Assembly: GCA_040954595.2 (NCBI GenBank)
Contig: CM082588.2
Coordinates: 4,900,156-4,964,155, forward strand
Direction of reading: 5' to 3'
Origin: Balanoglossus misakiensis
Taxonomy: Eukaryota; Animalia; Hemichordata
DNA length: 64,000 bases
Positions 24,625 through 39,200 of this stretch are shown piece by piece; the first letter of the stretch is position 1, and each line of letters starts with the position of its first letter. Under the pieces are notes generated by a model that worked only from the letters and a program-made list of their open reading frames with translations, did no database searches and was not told the DNA's origin. The position numbers and the translations under genes are program-made.

Positions 24625-26670
24625 CCTGCTTGCGACAACGTCTGGCCCGGCGGCGCGTACCCCCTCCCCGCTGCCCCGGTTAAAAACGAACAAAGTCCCG
24701 CACTTGCGCCGAAAACTCACCGAACTTTTAAACGGTGGTCTGCAGTACAGTGGTTCTACTATAAGCTTTTAATAGTTTGCACGGCGGTGGCGGATAAGTG
24801 ACCTACTATGCAAATAAAGGTAAGGTCAAACATGTATCTTGAATCAGACAACTCGTATCAGCGTACTGCCCTAAACTATAAAAACTATCATCTCATTGAT
24901 TCACCGCTACATGCACTCAATATACTCGCATTTGGCACAATTAAGGCACTCGCCCCCATTTTCACCAAGTCGACCTCCTTACAAAGTTGGACAGTATGTC
25001 ATCAATGTTTGGCATATAGTCTTTCTGCGTGTTTAAAGAACATGGACAAGATTGTGACATGACACGTCAACGCCTTATCGATGCGCAGTGGATCGTAAAA
25101 TCGACCGTTGACTGATATCATAACTTGCCAAGTAACCAACACGGAGATAGATGATGTATTTTTAAACACCAAATTCCACTATGAAGTGAATCTTACGCCT
25201 AGACACTTTACCCGACCAAACATCACACTCCAGACCTTACACACGAGTCAAGTGTGCTACATGGGTCAAGTTCAATTATCAGACAAAGAAATCATGCTGA
25301 AGTGAAGGCTAGAGCCATCAATGACACTTGACCACGCCAAAAGACGGCGCAGTCCAAAACCCCGGGTCGAAACCAGGGTCTGCAATAAATTTTCCTACAA
25401 TGACAGCGGCATGGCGAGACAGTCTAGCTTCAGTGAATGACCTGTACATACATGCTTTACTGATTTTGGTGACTCAGTGACCGCCTTCTCGTATAAATGT
25501 CTAAATTTATCTAATTAGGCCTATTTACCCTTACCACTGATAAACACAAAAATCACCCGATTACGGTATCACTAAAATGGGGGACCATCGATGAGTTTGC
25601 GGCAAATAAAATTGCATATTAGTCTTATGTGTGTAATCTAATTTCAAACTGCGAGGCTACAACATAAGGGAGTGAGAGAATTTGACCCAGTTTCTTACAA
25701 GTCGGCCTACATGTCCTACATGACAGACCGATATGTAATTGATTAAAATTAGTGTTTAAGAAATTTAAAAGGTCAAAACGCTGCAGGTTTTTAGCCTTAC
25801 ATATCTGATCTTGCTCCGGTTGCCATGTAACCATGCGTGCGATCTCAGATAAGTGGAGACAGGATGATTTCAACGGAACGCATCCATGGTGATTTAGGTA
25901 CGCGTCGTCGCGATCCGGCGAAGGTGGTTGGCTCGCGGTCTATGGAGTGCCCACGAATGCGAAAGAAAGGCCCCGCCGTAGGAATAAACATCGCCTGGCT
26001 AGAGAAGGTTTAATTAATCATAGTTAGCACACGATGTGTGAACAAATACATATTTATACAAAAAGAGAAATAGTAAGAAAACTTTTGAAACGGTACTGAT
26101 GGATCCCATGCTTGTCAATTGGCCTACGTGGATAAGTCTGGGATTCCGACAACCCCATGTTATTTTCAATGCACGCACGACCTTGTGACAAATGAACAAT
26201 CAATCAATATGGGTGAATAAAAGGATGTAAATCATCTTCGATGTCCACCTCCATATATGTCTCGTGCCACATAGGCAGGTCTTGCTGAAGAACGCCCTCA
26301 TGGATGTTATTGGCCGAAACTGCCGCGCGTATAACCACCTGTTGGGCCACGAAGTAAACTTCCCAATGGCCATGGAAACGAATATCAGCACACATAGTGT
26401 GTGTATCAAAATATTTATTTACAAATATCATCACACAGATATATGATACTGGAGATATATACATCCAAATAATCGAGGGCAGTATTTTGGCAAGATAGTC
26501 TATATACACCTTCTATTTACAAAAACGTAGAGCTTTAGAGAACAGAAAAATATACATGTGCGCGTTACGCCATTCTGTGACAAGACAAATATGAATTGTC
26601 TCTGATATATATGTTGTCATTTTATATCTGTTGGATCAGACGAGTAGGTAAGTTGTACCGTACATGTGAA

Positions 26671-26703
26671 TTAAATGAGTTCTTTCTGCATTTTACACCA
26701 TTT

Positions 26704-26761
<58 letters not shown>

Positions 26762-29700
26762 TTTAAAAAGCGTTGAAGACACTCGTCTACTTTCATACTA
26801 AACACGTCAAACCTTGTTCTACATTTTACATCTCATTATCACGACTCTAACTGTATCATGGAAAGTGTGGAGAGCCACGAGCAAGATTTGACGACCCATC
26901 ACCTGTGTTAAAATACAAAGACGACTCACCCGAAGTCCTGTAGTGCAGTACGTGTAGCAGAGACCATCGACATTGCGTGTCACCGTGTAACCATGCCTCT
27001 CGAAAAGACTCTTCACTCGGCTATCCGAAGTACACCAAAGTGTTATGTTCTGAAACGAGATGAACGTGTCGACACAATGTGATCTGATATCGAAAATGTG
27101 GTGTTCGTGAATCTCAGTGCTGTGAAAATCGATAAACACAGGCCGAAGGTACAATGTATACAGTTTTACAGCAATAAAATCAATAACACCCCTGGCATCT
27201 GTCAGCAGGGTAGAGTAAGGAAATACTGCAGAATGACCTCACGTTTCTGTGGGTGATGATGGTGATAATAAAAACAAGCAATGTAGACACTGATAGAAAA
27301 ATCGATAGGTAAGGTACTGCCTGAACGTTGGTGTGTCCCTTTCGTCGTTGATAAGATGTGAGCTTATTAAATTTCGAGGTACAAAGCACAGACAGACAGA
27401 CAAACAGACAGACAGTTACCTGACAACCCCACTGCTTTGCTTCCAGTTCAACATAGTTGAGTAGCATTCTACCAATACCCATATTTCGATACGGGAGATC
27501 CACGCAGAAATGATCAATGTAACACTCTGCTGATGACTTCGGCTTGTAAGTAAGCACATTTCTCATGTGTAAGAAACTGTCAAAATAAACATAACGATTT
27601 TTACCTCATGTAAGTGGATTGTCACGTTCATGTACAGCTGATCACGATCACGAGATAAACAAATGTTTGTGTCTGCGTTTAAATGATGCTAATTACTGAA
27701 AATATAGTGAGCTGGGGAACGTAACAAACCAACACGTACCAAGAGGCTCGAAAACATCCCAAAGCTGAACACGCTTCCATGCATCCGATCTTGGGCGTTC
27801 TGGCGAGACAAAAAAGTTACTTTTCTCAGTTTACATTGCGCAAAGTTTCTTATGCCAAACCACTTGTAACGTTACAGTGTAAACCCTACATTTTCTAGTA
27901 TACTGTAATAGCCATTGACATTGATTTTCACTGTTGTGAAGAAATTCAAGGTCGATATGTCAAAATAAGTATGATAAATATTGGACTATTATGATTGCGT
28001 TGGTGTTTTATGGTAGCGCGTAAACAATTGTGCCGTTATACCAAGGCCGAAAACTCCAAAGTTTTCCCAACGTTTACACGTCACATGATGAATTTATCTA
28101 TGATAATATCACCATTAAGACAAAGTCTGGTTGGAACTTGATTGTGGGGGTGATTTTTATCTGCCGCATTTGCGAGGATTAAACCTCATCTATACGTCAT
28201 TTGTGGGAGAAAAACAAAGAAATTTGAGGTCACTTACGGGTCATCTTTGAGTACTACAGTGATAACGCCAGCCGGCTGCTTGTCGAGGAGGGCTATGAAG
28301 CGGTGTTGGTAGGCCTTGGTCGGGCAACGTTCAAGCGACGTACGTGCCAAGTCGAACACGTTCACCAACCTGCGCATATGTAGAACATTTTCATAGGTTA
28401 ATCCACAACAATATATATATTATTGGAAAGTCTGCGTGTTCGGGAAGTCAGAACTGTTTACATTAATGTTTTCCCATTTTTTGGGAAAACGCTGCAATAT
28501 TTTCAGTTGATCTTGGCACCGCTGTACGCGTTATGGTAACTTCAAGAAAATACCAGCAACTCTTAATAGCCCTTTCACCCTCAGTTCCCTCTTTAGAGGT
28601 CCAAGCTTACCATAGAAAACAATGGAGAACTTATTTGACCATGAAACTGGAAACTATTTTTGAAGTTGACGTATTGGTATTTAACGAATGATTTAGCATT
28701 CGCTGTTTGTACATAGAGCTGAAAGCAGTATAACTTTATTACTGATTCTAATGAGATAGCGCCATGCCAAGCCCACATTGTATCGAAACAAACGTTGACC
28801 CTAGATTCAACACAAAACCCCCCAAACTCAACGGTCTCCAATACCTAGCCTGTTGGTTAGTAATTTCTTATTACAACGAGGCTTGGACGATCAAAATGGC
28901 TTGTTTTTCGCAGGCGATGGCTGGAAATTGCAAATGCCGCAGTGCTGTGTTTTTGTATATTTTATGGTGACATATTAATATATTGAGAAATAGTTATGTA
29001 CCGAGCCCAGACACCCTTGCCAAATTACATGATTTATATCGGTCTCGCGTGTACACCACAGCACAACGCAACACCTGTACACAAAAACAACACACTCAGA
29101 GGCGCCACATAGTCACCCCCAAATAACGACATATTTTCAAAACTAGGACATGTATATGATAGATGACCCAAATCTTCAGTTCCTATTTCACACCGTTTTA
29201 ATTGTAAATTATGCGACAAAGAATGGAAATTTTGAAAAAATTATAATATATAAATTGGGCTGCTAATTCTATGGTTGATCTATGGGGTAAGGTTAAACCT
29301 TGGAGTTAGTGACCACTTGAAAATAAACGCCAGAATGCTGAATTTTAATAATGTTAAACGTTGACACGGTTTTTGTTGGCTTCAATAAGAAAATTGTTGG
29401 GCATCTAGGATTAGCCTGGATTATGAGATTATACAATGAGACCCTCCACACACTTTCGCAGACGAGAAGTCGGGCAGCTGAAGGGATAGAAAACTGAAAT
29501 GCAAACCTCTTGCATATGGGTAAAGGTCAAATTTTGGTCAGTGTTCACATGTCAAAATATCCAGTTCTCACAAATGTTTCGAATCATATTATTAGCTTAC
29601 ACTGATATAGGCAGCGATTAAATGTCGATAGTGACAATACTGTTAGATTTAATAAAAATGGGATTGTTGTTTCGATTGAAAAGGGCATTGACTGTGCCAC

Positions 29701-30830
29701 CCCTTGTAAATGTGGAAGTCAATGTACCTGTGTTTAATGGCAGCAGTCAAAATGAGGAATTGAGAATGTGCTAAAAGGTCTAACGTCAAACGCTTGTTTT
29801 GAAATACATTGTCTCCTTTTTGACCCCAAAATCAATACAGATAGGTCTTATCGATAGTTGTATTTTGACGCTTTGTTATCGTGCCGCCGAGGTCATCTTT
29901 CTTTACAAACAAACCACAGTTAGATTTCCAACCACTCGGTTCCTGATTCGACCTTTGGGTGGGGTCAAGATATACCTCAAGGAAAACAATCAGCGTTTCA
30001 AGGAATGTTGTTATTTAAGAAGGCCCAGAATCCGATGGATGGCGACTGGCAGATAATCATCACGATTCAGCGGCTATTAAATTGTTCTGGCTGGCTGTCT
30101 CGCTATTTATCAACAAACAAGGGACCCCGTCCGCTGTTGTGGTGGCCATTCAACAAAGATAACGCTCACGGGGGAGAACTGATAAATTCAGAAGACAACA
30201 TTACGCAACGCAAGAATATCTAATAACGTGTTCTTGTTGGAGGGGTGGGGCAATGTACTTCGAGAATGATATACATGTAACCCATGTGTACACGTATGCA
30301 TTACGAAAGCGTACACACCAGAATTACGACATAATTGAAGTGCTGACATGAGTGGGTGGAGCAGATAAACTGTACTGGCAGACATGATATTATCTGAAAA
30401 ATATTGTCTGATATACATGTACTGATGTGATTTGAACTTACTTATGATTCCCGACCGTCCATTTGTATATATCTCTACTTGCTTCCACCAAGAGTCGAGC
30501 CGCGAAGGTAACGTCCTTTTCAGTCATTTCCCTGATAGTTACAGAATCGTTGTTATTTTCCTCGAACTCCTCGGGCTCTGCCAAGGCGGGAAGAAGTTTC
30601 TCCGTGCACTCCGGCTGTGACGTAATCACTGTCTCGTCATAATACCCAGTTTCACTCTCCTCCCCCTCCTCGTCTGACTCCTCCTCCGATTCGTCGTCCT
30701 CCCCTTCCTCCTCCTCCTCCTGCCCGTTGATTTTGTTCGCAAAAATATCGAAGAAATCGTCAGGCGTCCAGCTTCCGTTTTGGGAAAAATGCCTTTGCTT
30801 GAGAACGTGCTTTGCCAGCCTGCTATACAT
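26671..30830 (-). CDS. GNAT-family N-acetyltransferase with acidic N-terminal tract, about 296 aa; exons 30830-30442, 28369-28238, 27799-27740, 27576-27420, 27049-26930, 26703-26671
   Basis: VTIREMTEKDV beta1 motif; CYIDHFCVDLPYRNMGIGRMLL (motif A, RxxGxG); LFERHGY; all GT-AG junctions phase-compatible, 891 nt. Start codon uncertain. Confidence 0.85.
26706..26759. repeat. (GA)n microsatellite forming the polypyrimidine tract of the last GNAT intron
   Basis: About 27 GA units adjacent to the acceptor at 26704. Confidence 0.95.
28570..28627. mobile_element. Partial copy of a small MITE-like repeat (CCCTTTCACC termini)
   Basis: ccctttcaccctcagttccctctttagaggtcca..accatagaaaacaatgg matches the reverse complement of copies at 35190-35244 and 45433-45517. 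Confidence 0.6.
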
Positions 30831-31495
30831 AAGTCCAACCGAGTCGAGTTTCGGGTTAGAATTTCTACCCCAGCTTGAGCGCGAGGCCTTTTCAGCAATA
30901 TCACGACAGAGCGAAGTTATGCCTGCTTCAGTAATGGCGACCCAATGTTGTGTATGTACGCAACGTTTGACTACGCACGTGCAGAAGTACAGCCGTGTGG
31001 GGACGAACTTTGGCCACCATGCCTGTGTTGTCAACCGAGGCGCGTGTCACTATGGCGAACCCTCGACTCCTGCGATTTATCGATTTGATTACATTCAAGT
31101 GGACGCTGTCCCGCGGCTTACATAAATTCTCTGATATAAGACATGAGTCAATATAGAATTCGGTCTATATGATGTACACATTTGCAATATCATAACAACC
31201 ATATAGAATGTGTGAAAATACATGGTGAAAATGTAGTGGGCCTGCAACCTGAAAATCTGAAACTGCGTTGTCGTTGTTTTTTATTCAATGACTCATTTTG
31301 ATCGTTATCGCCGTCGTCTCGATAATGATTTTTAATCAAACTATTATCTTTAGAGATACCACTGAGAAAAGTTTACAGGTTTAGAGCAAACTTTTATAGT
31401 GTTGAACTTTTACCCAATGGTATTACGTTTTGCATCTGACGGTCACTGTCAGTTGCCCTGATTGGCTGAACGTTTCCCGTGACCTTTGATTCAAA
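30831..31495. promoter_or_regulatory. Probable bidirectional promoter between the GNAT gene and WARS2
   Basis: Head-to-head start codons about 665 bp apart; inverted CCAAT box (ctgattggctga) near 31458. Confidence 0.5.
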
Positions 31496-33724
31496 ATGGC
31501 GCTGTCCATGGGACGGTGTGCGACGTGCAGGGCGATATTGAAGACGGTGACAGTGTTTCACGTGGATCGCCTGTCTTCGAAACTTTGTTCAACCGGAGGA
31601 AAACAACTGACTAAGGTATACATGAAACGCGATGTTGGTCAGCGGTACCGCTTCGCGCATGCAACGACTAAGCCCTACCATACCGGCTGTGGCCTTATAC
31701 GCCTCGTCGCCTTCGAACTCTCACTTTCAGAAACAGTGTAAACATAAACACATACCTCGCCTTGCAGACATCTGTGTAATTCGCTAGCCACTTGTGAACA
31801 TTTGATAGCCAACTGATGCGAGACTTGAAATCTTTGCCATCACAACAGAAATCAGTGTTGATCTGTTTTTTTCTTCTGTATATTTCCCGTCTCAGGATCA
31901 TGCATTTCCAAAGAGGGTGTTTTCTGGTATCCAGCCCACTGGCATCCCACACATCGGCAACTATCTGGGTGCCATCACAAACTGGGTGAAGTTGCAAGAG
32001 GACAGCCAACAAGACGAAGTGATCTTCTGTGTAGTCGATATGCACTCTGTGACCTTACCCCAGCAACCGTCCGAACTTCGGCAGAATATTTACGATATGG
32101 TGGTGTGTCTGTTGGCGTCGGGAATAGATCCACAGAAATCTATCCTCTTTCAACAGTCTTCGGTAAGTCTGATCATATCTTGTTCTACTGCTGACAAATG
32201 CCAGGGAAATCGATCGGTGCCTTACAATAAATGTGAAAGTGAGATTCTGTTAATTTCAATGTACATGATGTATATTTCCACATGGCACAGTGATGGTATA
32301 TATGTATATATATATATGCCGATTTCTCTGTATATGACCTTTGCGTTCAGAGGTCAACAAATGTACATGCATTGCATGCAATAAGTTTTCTGACACTTCT
32401 CTGAAATTGTATGGAGATTTGGAACTTTTTCAGATTACAATGCATGGTATTTATGATAATCCATACTCATTTGTAGGTTGGGCAGCACACAGATCTGGCA
32501 TGGATTCTGGGCTGCATGACGACGATGTCCAGACTCAACCATTTACCACAGTGGAAGGTTGGTACCTTACCTAAGAATGTGAAGTAACTTCAACCACTTT
32601 TGAGAGACATAGTGTATCTTTGTGTGGCATTTGTACATTTGCCAGGTGGTATTTATGACACATTTTTTTCGTTGTTGCAGGCGAAAAGCGCAAAACGGAA
32701 AGAAGGGGTACACCTGGGACTGTACACCTATCCGATATTAATGGCAGCCGACATTATGCTTTACAAGTAAGGTTCAAGTTGTGTCAGAGAATTTGCATAT
32801 TGACAATTCCAAATGATTTGTGAATTCCATTATAAGAGCTCACTGAAAGAAATTCAGTCATGTACCTGCAACGAGTGAGATGCAAACGTTTGAGATTGTT
32901 TTTCATGGTTTCCAGGGCAACACATGTACCAGTCGGTGATGACCAGATCCAGCACATAGAGCTGGCACAAGACTTGGCCAGGGTATTCAACAATACATAT
33001 GGACCTTTCTTCCCAAGACCCAACTACATCTTCAGTAAGTGTCTGCTAGTGTAAGACTGCTGATTATAGAATCTTTATAGGACACTTTCACATCCTGTAT
33101 GCTGTGACATTCATGCGTGTGTCCAGAATAGTCTGGCTGGGTATCGAGAAGTGAAACCAAGTATTTGTTCAGAAAATGATACTAATACACATTGGCAACA
33201 AATGAGAAACGGGAGTCTGGATTTCTATGTATTTTTCATCGTTTGAGGAAATGAATTGTATTCTTTCTCTTTCAGGTGAGGTCAAGAAAGTGAAAAGTCT
33301 ACGCGATCCATCCAGCAAAATGAGCAAGTCTGACTCCACCGCACTCAGTCGAATCGACCTGACCGACTCGAAAGACGAAATCGTCAAGAAGTTCAAAAAG
33401 GCCGTGACGGACTTCCAGTCGGAGGTGACCTACGAACCAGAGACCCGTCTTGGGGTCAGCAACATGATCAATATACATTCGGCAGTCACGGGACTCACCG
33501 TGGATCAAATCTGCGCACAGGCCGAGGGGCTGCAAACCGCGGAATACAAGTTCGTTGTCGCAGACGCGGTGGATGCTAAATTGGCGCCGATTAGGGAGGA
33601 GATAAAGAGACTGAAAGCCGAGAAGGGTTACATTGAGGAAATACTGAGGACGGGTGCTGAAAAGGCGAGGGCAATTGCCGAGGAAAACTACAAGGAAGTC
33701 AAAAAGCTTGTTGGATTCTGTTGA
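31496..33724 (+). CDS. WARS2: Mitochondrial tryptophanyl-tRNA synthetase, 373 aa; exons 31496-31615, 31896-32162, 32477-32557, 32681-32766, 32916-33034, 33276-33724
   Basis: [18 protein letters not shown] (HIGH-type), [35 protein letters not shown]; basic N-terminal presequence; phases consistent (1122 nt). Confidence 0.96.
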
Positions 33725-35189
33725 GAATCGAACTCAGACATACAGTACAATTCATGTAGCAAAGCCAGAGTGTGTGTGCAACTAAGCTGGTTCAGCAGCT
33801 GAGGGGTTAGGTCTTGAGCATCTACCCAATCTCACCTGATCCGTGTGTATCAGCCAGGAACATTACAAATAGATGCAGTGAACAATGCTTCCAATTTCCA
33901 ATTCATAAGAGCGCCCCCACAGCTGGTAAATGAATGTAGAAAATAGGAGAGTGCCCTCTCCCACAGATATGTACAATGTACTTGTGTGCATGCTTTCAGT
34001 ATCAATCTGAAACTTTACGACTGTAAATATCAGAGGTAATGTTTACAGAAGTCTCCGAAGTACCACTCAGCTCAGCTTCACCACATTTTTATATTTAATA
34101 CTTGAGACTGCAATACCTGTTTTGTGAGAAAATAAAAGTACAATTCATTAGCAGCCTATGGTCTTTGCTTCAGAATGTGTATGTGTTGAGACATTCCATT
34201 GAGAATATACCACAAAGTCGGCCAGACCAATCACAAACTGTACCAACACTAGAGCTACATACGTCAAATATTTTTTTTATTACATTACCCACAACACAGA
34301 TTTGATACCAAAATATCGTAAATATCTCTGAAAATTGAGACACACGCACATTACAAACATCTAAAATATTTAGTACCTCATCAGCAGTGAAAAATACAAT
34401 ATTTACATCGCTGGTCAGACAGGCATACCTGCCCCTTCCTTAAATGGAAATAGAATGTGCTGGGAGTTAAAGGAAGTCTAATAGTGATGGGTTATACCAT
34501 TTGGAAGAATGGGGAGGGTGGAAGGAGAGCAGGAGTAAATGTCTAAGTTTTTTGTGACATGGGAAGGTTGCACTGAATCAACAGTGCTTCCTGAATATTA
34601 AGTAGTTTACGAAATTCATCCGTCAAATAAATATCTGCGACTGATAATTATTTGATTCTAAACTTAATGCTGGTCCCGTGGCTTGATTTTGAATGGTTGT
34701 CAAACATTTTTTTGGGGGAAAAACTATGTAAACTAAGTTCTTTAAAACAAGAAAATCTTGACATTGGAAACTTTGTTCAAAGTAAGCAAATTTGTAGAAA
34801 ATCTGTCACAGAGGCTTATTCTGTCAATTATTTTACCACCATTAAGCAGAAAATATTTGACCGCAGAAAGATGTTCTGGAGGTTACATTAATACTGTAAA
34901 ATAAAATATGTATCACACTCTCAAAATCACGGATTCTAATATTAACCTTTTATAATTTTGTTCACACTGGGTTATTAAATACTGAATTTGACAACAGATA
35001 ATTTTTTTATATTCAATCACAGATTACTGATAGAATTCTGGCAAACTTCAGTATGTGCTAAAAAAACACTAGAATTGTAACATTTTGTCCCCTAGGTGTG
35101 CAGTGTTTTGCACATGCCATACCCCCAAGCTGTCTAACAAATGCACATACCATGTCAGCTGTGCATTCTGTACTCAGTCTGCCGTCAAT

Positions 35190-35244
35190 GTATGGTATGG
35201 TACGGTTGGACCTCTAAAGAGGGAACTGGGGGTGAAAGGGTTAA
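35190..35244. mobile_element. Partial MITE-like copy ending GGTGAAAGGG-TTAA
   Basis: tggacctctaaagagggaactgggggtgaaagggttaa; same family as 45433-45517. Confidence 0.6.
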
Positions 35245-36255
35245 TTGAATTCTTCACCGGGATTCCTGATTAAAAGTTGAAAGACTTCACAAGCCTTTCA
35301 TTCAGCATGTACTCAACAAATACAGTGAAAATACGACATAAACAGGAGAAGGGCCTGACTTATACAAACAATGTATAACACTTTCCTATCTTGTTCGACA
35401 ATCGCAAACACGATGACAGAAAGAAAAGACTACAGTTCAATATTCCATGAACGATTGCACCTGACTGTACACAAAAAAATATAAACTGCATACCTTAATT
35501 CAAATTATCTAAAGTTCCGTAACCTTCCCACAGTTACTTGTCAGTTTTCATTTAACACAGATCACATAATCTCATAATCCTAATTTTTCGTTCTTGATAC
35601 ATTATGTACATTTAAAGACAAGACAAATTTTTAAAAGTCAAGGACGGATGAAGCTTTTATGACATCACAACCATACACCTCCACCGCTGTGCAAAGTGGA
35701 ATAGTCCATTTACAGAGGAACACTTGGTCTTCGCCATAATTAGACAAAATAGGGGGCATAGAGTAAGATTTTTTAATAAACAGGTTTGTGAGAAAACCAT
35801 CGTTTTTTGATGATTCTCATCTTGTTAAACACAAATACCAATTAAGTACACTATGATTAATTCCAATCCATATGCAATTTTAAACAAATAATACATGTAC
35901 ATGCCTTGTTTCATGTACTCGTATATATCATTTATGGAAAGCCAACTACAAAAGCACAAAAGATGAAAATACCTGTCCATTGCTAGTTTGCAGACCAATT
36001 AAAAGATTTACAGAAACCATAAATCAAGAGGTTGATGGAATAACTGCATTGTAAACGTGTAAAAATCATCTTGAACAAAATGTTTGATTAATCAAGTTCA
36101 ATAATATTAGGGGTGGACTTCGAGACAAAGTCATAATTTAAAAAAAAAGGGGGTGGAAAGTGCTCCTTAAACATCCCTCTGTCAAGTGGACTCTTCCAAC
36201 ATTTCAATGGCTCCATACTGAGTCTGTAACATTTCGCGGGTTTGTTGGGGGGAGG

Positions 36256-39200
36256 TTATGAAGCACTGTCCATAAGTTCCAGCAGATCGTCACCTTTGCT
36301 GCCCGACGCACCCGAGTCAGGAATTGCCAAGTCACCCATGATCTTGCTCAGTTCATCATTCCCTTTCAGCTATTTCAGAAAAAATGTTGAAAAAAATAAT
36401 TTAGAAACAATGTTTTAAAAACCGATTGGATTAGTAAAATTCCTAATACTAGTATTAGTTCCTTAGAAGATTGGCATATTATGGGGTGCACCCCAAGATA
36501 CTATTTCTTCACTAAAATTTATAATTTTTTTTCTACAAGTGGCACACACACTCATCTCTACCAGAATAAATTAACATTGTTTGAAATGAAAATTATACAA
36601 GTGACTGGACAGTCACTGCAGATGATAACTACTGAATTCTTTTCTCCCAACTAAACCTTTTGTGATGTCCCTGACATATACATGTGGATAGAATCTGTAC
36701 GCAGTCTCTGTACATGTACACCTATTGTATCTGATATGATAAATCTATTCTCAGTCACGTCTGAGCGGAGATGCGATCCTTTCCGCCGATCGAAAATGAT
36801 TACTTTTTTGACAAGGCGAAACGAGCACGTCGTGTCTGCCATCTGATCATTATAAAAGCTAGGCAGATGCCTTTCCACTCTCAGTCGAACAACATTAGAA
36901 TGGCTGGAGCCTTTGTGATTTATCAAGTAAGAAAAACACGCGGTGATGTTTTATGCCGCGACTGCGTGACTCTGCGTGTGATTGCCGCGTGTTTCGCTGA
37001 AAGGGAAATATCCTGAATTGAAAGTTTCCGTGGTTACTGATTTTCTTCCCTCCCTCTCTGCAGGAGGAATGCCATGGCACTGTCCCATCCCATCTCCTAT
37101 GCAACAAAACCTTAGTTTGCGCAACCTTTGGACACTGGTTAACGAGACTAATTGAGGGGGTTATTATGATTTTCTTCACGAGGAGAACCATTTGATATCT
37201 GAGGCGAACCTTGAGCCATTATGAACAAGTCATTGTCCAGCTTTATAAACAAGTCATTGAATCATTCTCTTTTGAAGTTGTTACCCATTCCTTGCCTGTG
37301 CAATTGTATTTTGAAGAAAGTCAAGGAGACCACGCCTTCATGGACAAATCACAACATGTAGAATCTCGTACCGACAATGTGGCAAGGTCGCTATCAAATC
37401 CTTGCTATAATTGGACTACAGATTTGTGTACGTCTACAGCGCTTTCACCTTTATGCGCCAATGCTCATATCATGAGAGAGCGTTGATCCATGAATGTGTG
37501 ACGAGTCAGCGCTGGCATACTGACTAGAGGGCTTGCAGTCACATATTGTGGACATATTTTTCAATTCATAAACTGTCAGATAGACAATCAAAGATACGTC
37601 TTGTTAAAAAGATGGATCGAAGACTTCATGTTTCGATCAAATAAATGGCCGCCCTTCAACAGCGTTCCAACAATATACTAGCAATCTCTGCTAATTTATA
37701 CCAAATTAAATGGTCACTCATTTCTATCTAATGTTGCAATTTTCATCCTCCAATCCCATCCCAGGATTTACATACTGTACTACACGGCACTAGCTACAGT
37801 GGATAGCAAGAATAGCAAAATGCAACATATTCATATTTCCACAAAGTCCACAAAGAGAGAAATATCGAACGCAGAGACTAAAATGACCCAGTTCTGTTAC
37901 ATGTACAACTATTCATTCTAATCAACATGCGATGCAAGTTTCTTTTCCCCCTGAGTTATCACGTCTACTCTCTGACCTTAATTACTACACAGACAATCTG
38001 ATTGGGAAGACGCCTATTCAAAATGGATGTCGCTGACAGAGACAGACCTTATTAAAAACTGCGCCTCAATAGACAGTGCACACACTTTACAAAGAAAATC
38101 AATATTCACTCGATCAGATTCTGTGGAATATAATAGTTACTGGTACTTCTTCAATTATCAATTCCGCGGAAAAGGTATCAAAAGTGGGGAAAGAAAGAGA
38201 ATTGCTATTTAATTGCCTAAACGAGTTTTGATTTCTCTATTTTACATAAACTAATAAAATCAAGCACGTAAAAAAATTGCTACACCGCATTCATTTCTCC
38301 TTCAAGGAAATTTGCCTCACCGCAATAAATCCCCAGTTTTCATTTAATGTGTTTTGCCTCCATCCTTTTATTACTGTTGCTACGGCGACAGCCATCAGCG
38401 AGGACAGTCTGATGGGGTTTCTTTATTGATGAATTCCTTCTTTGAATAAACAAGAGGACCCGGAGAGGCTGGCCGTAACCAACAAGCTCTCGGGTTACCG
38501 TGGCGACTCAAGAGCGCTTGTACTGATTTCAAGGCTTTGTAATTTGCACAGGAGGGTGGGGTGGGGGAGCTGGTGACAGTTTACTACGTTTAATGGGGGA
38601 GAGCCTAGCGGAGCTTGTATTGCTCTTGAATTCTCTAATGGTACTTTGATGGCGACACTGGCATCCTCTCTGGGCATTATTCCCTGATCTTCACGTCTCC
38701 TTTCCGTGTTTTCAGTAAACGTCACAAAACTGCTTTTTTTTTCAAGAGACCGTTACGTGGTAAAAGCACCTGTTGAACGGTGTTCCGCTTTCCGCGAACG
38801 TCTGGCCTCGTTCTGTGGTTGTTTGTTCAACTACATCGCGTTTCATAGCTACAAGGAGGCTTTACTCTACACTCTGAAGAACCTACACGTTACAGATATT
38901 CTCAGGTAAACTTTATAAGGATTATCAACAAGTTGGAATGGAAGCCATGAAATAACAACACACCAAATACCAAACTGGATTTGTTGGAATATATCACACA
39001 CCGAAGTTTCGACATTTTCTTGATGACAATATGCAGCACACTCAACTATTTTCCTGATATGATTGCAATCTCCATCCCCATACATATTCAGCTCTACGAG
39101 TCAACCGGATTTGACATCACAATCTCAATCTAAAAATAGCCCTGGTAAATGGCTACACTGATACATGTATTGGTAACTTGTTGCTAGGGCAACAGCACAC

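Noticed and set aside
26200-26509. Overlapping 60-101 aa ORFs
   Set aside because: No domain similarity; they lie in the probable 3' UTR of the GNAT gene.
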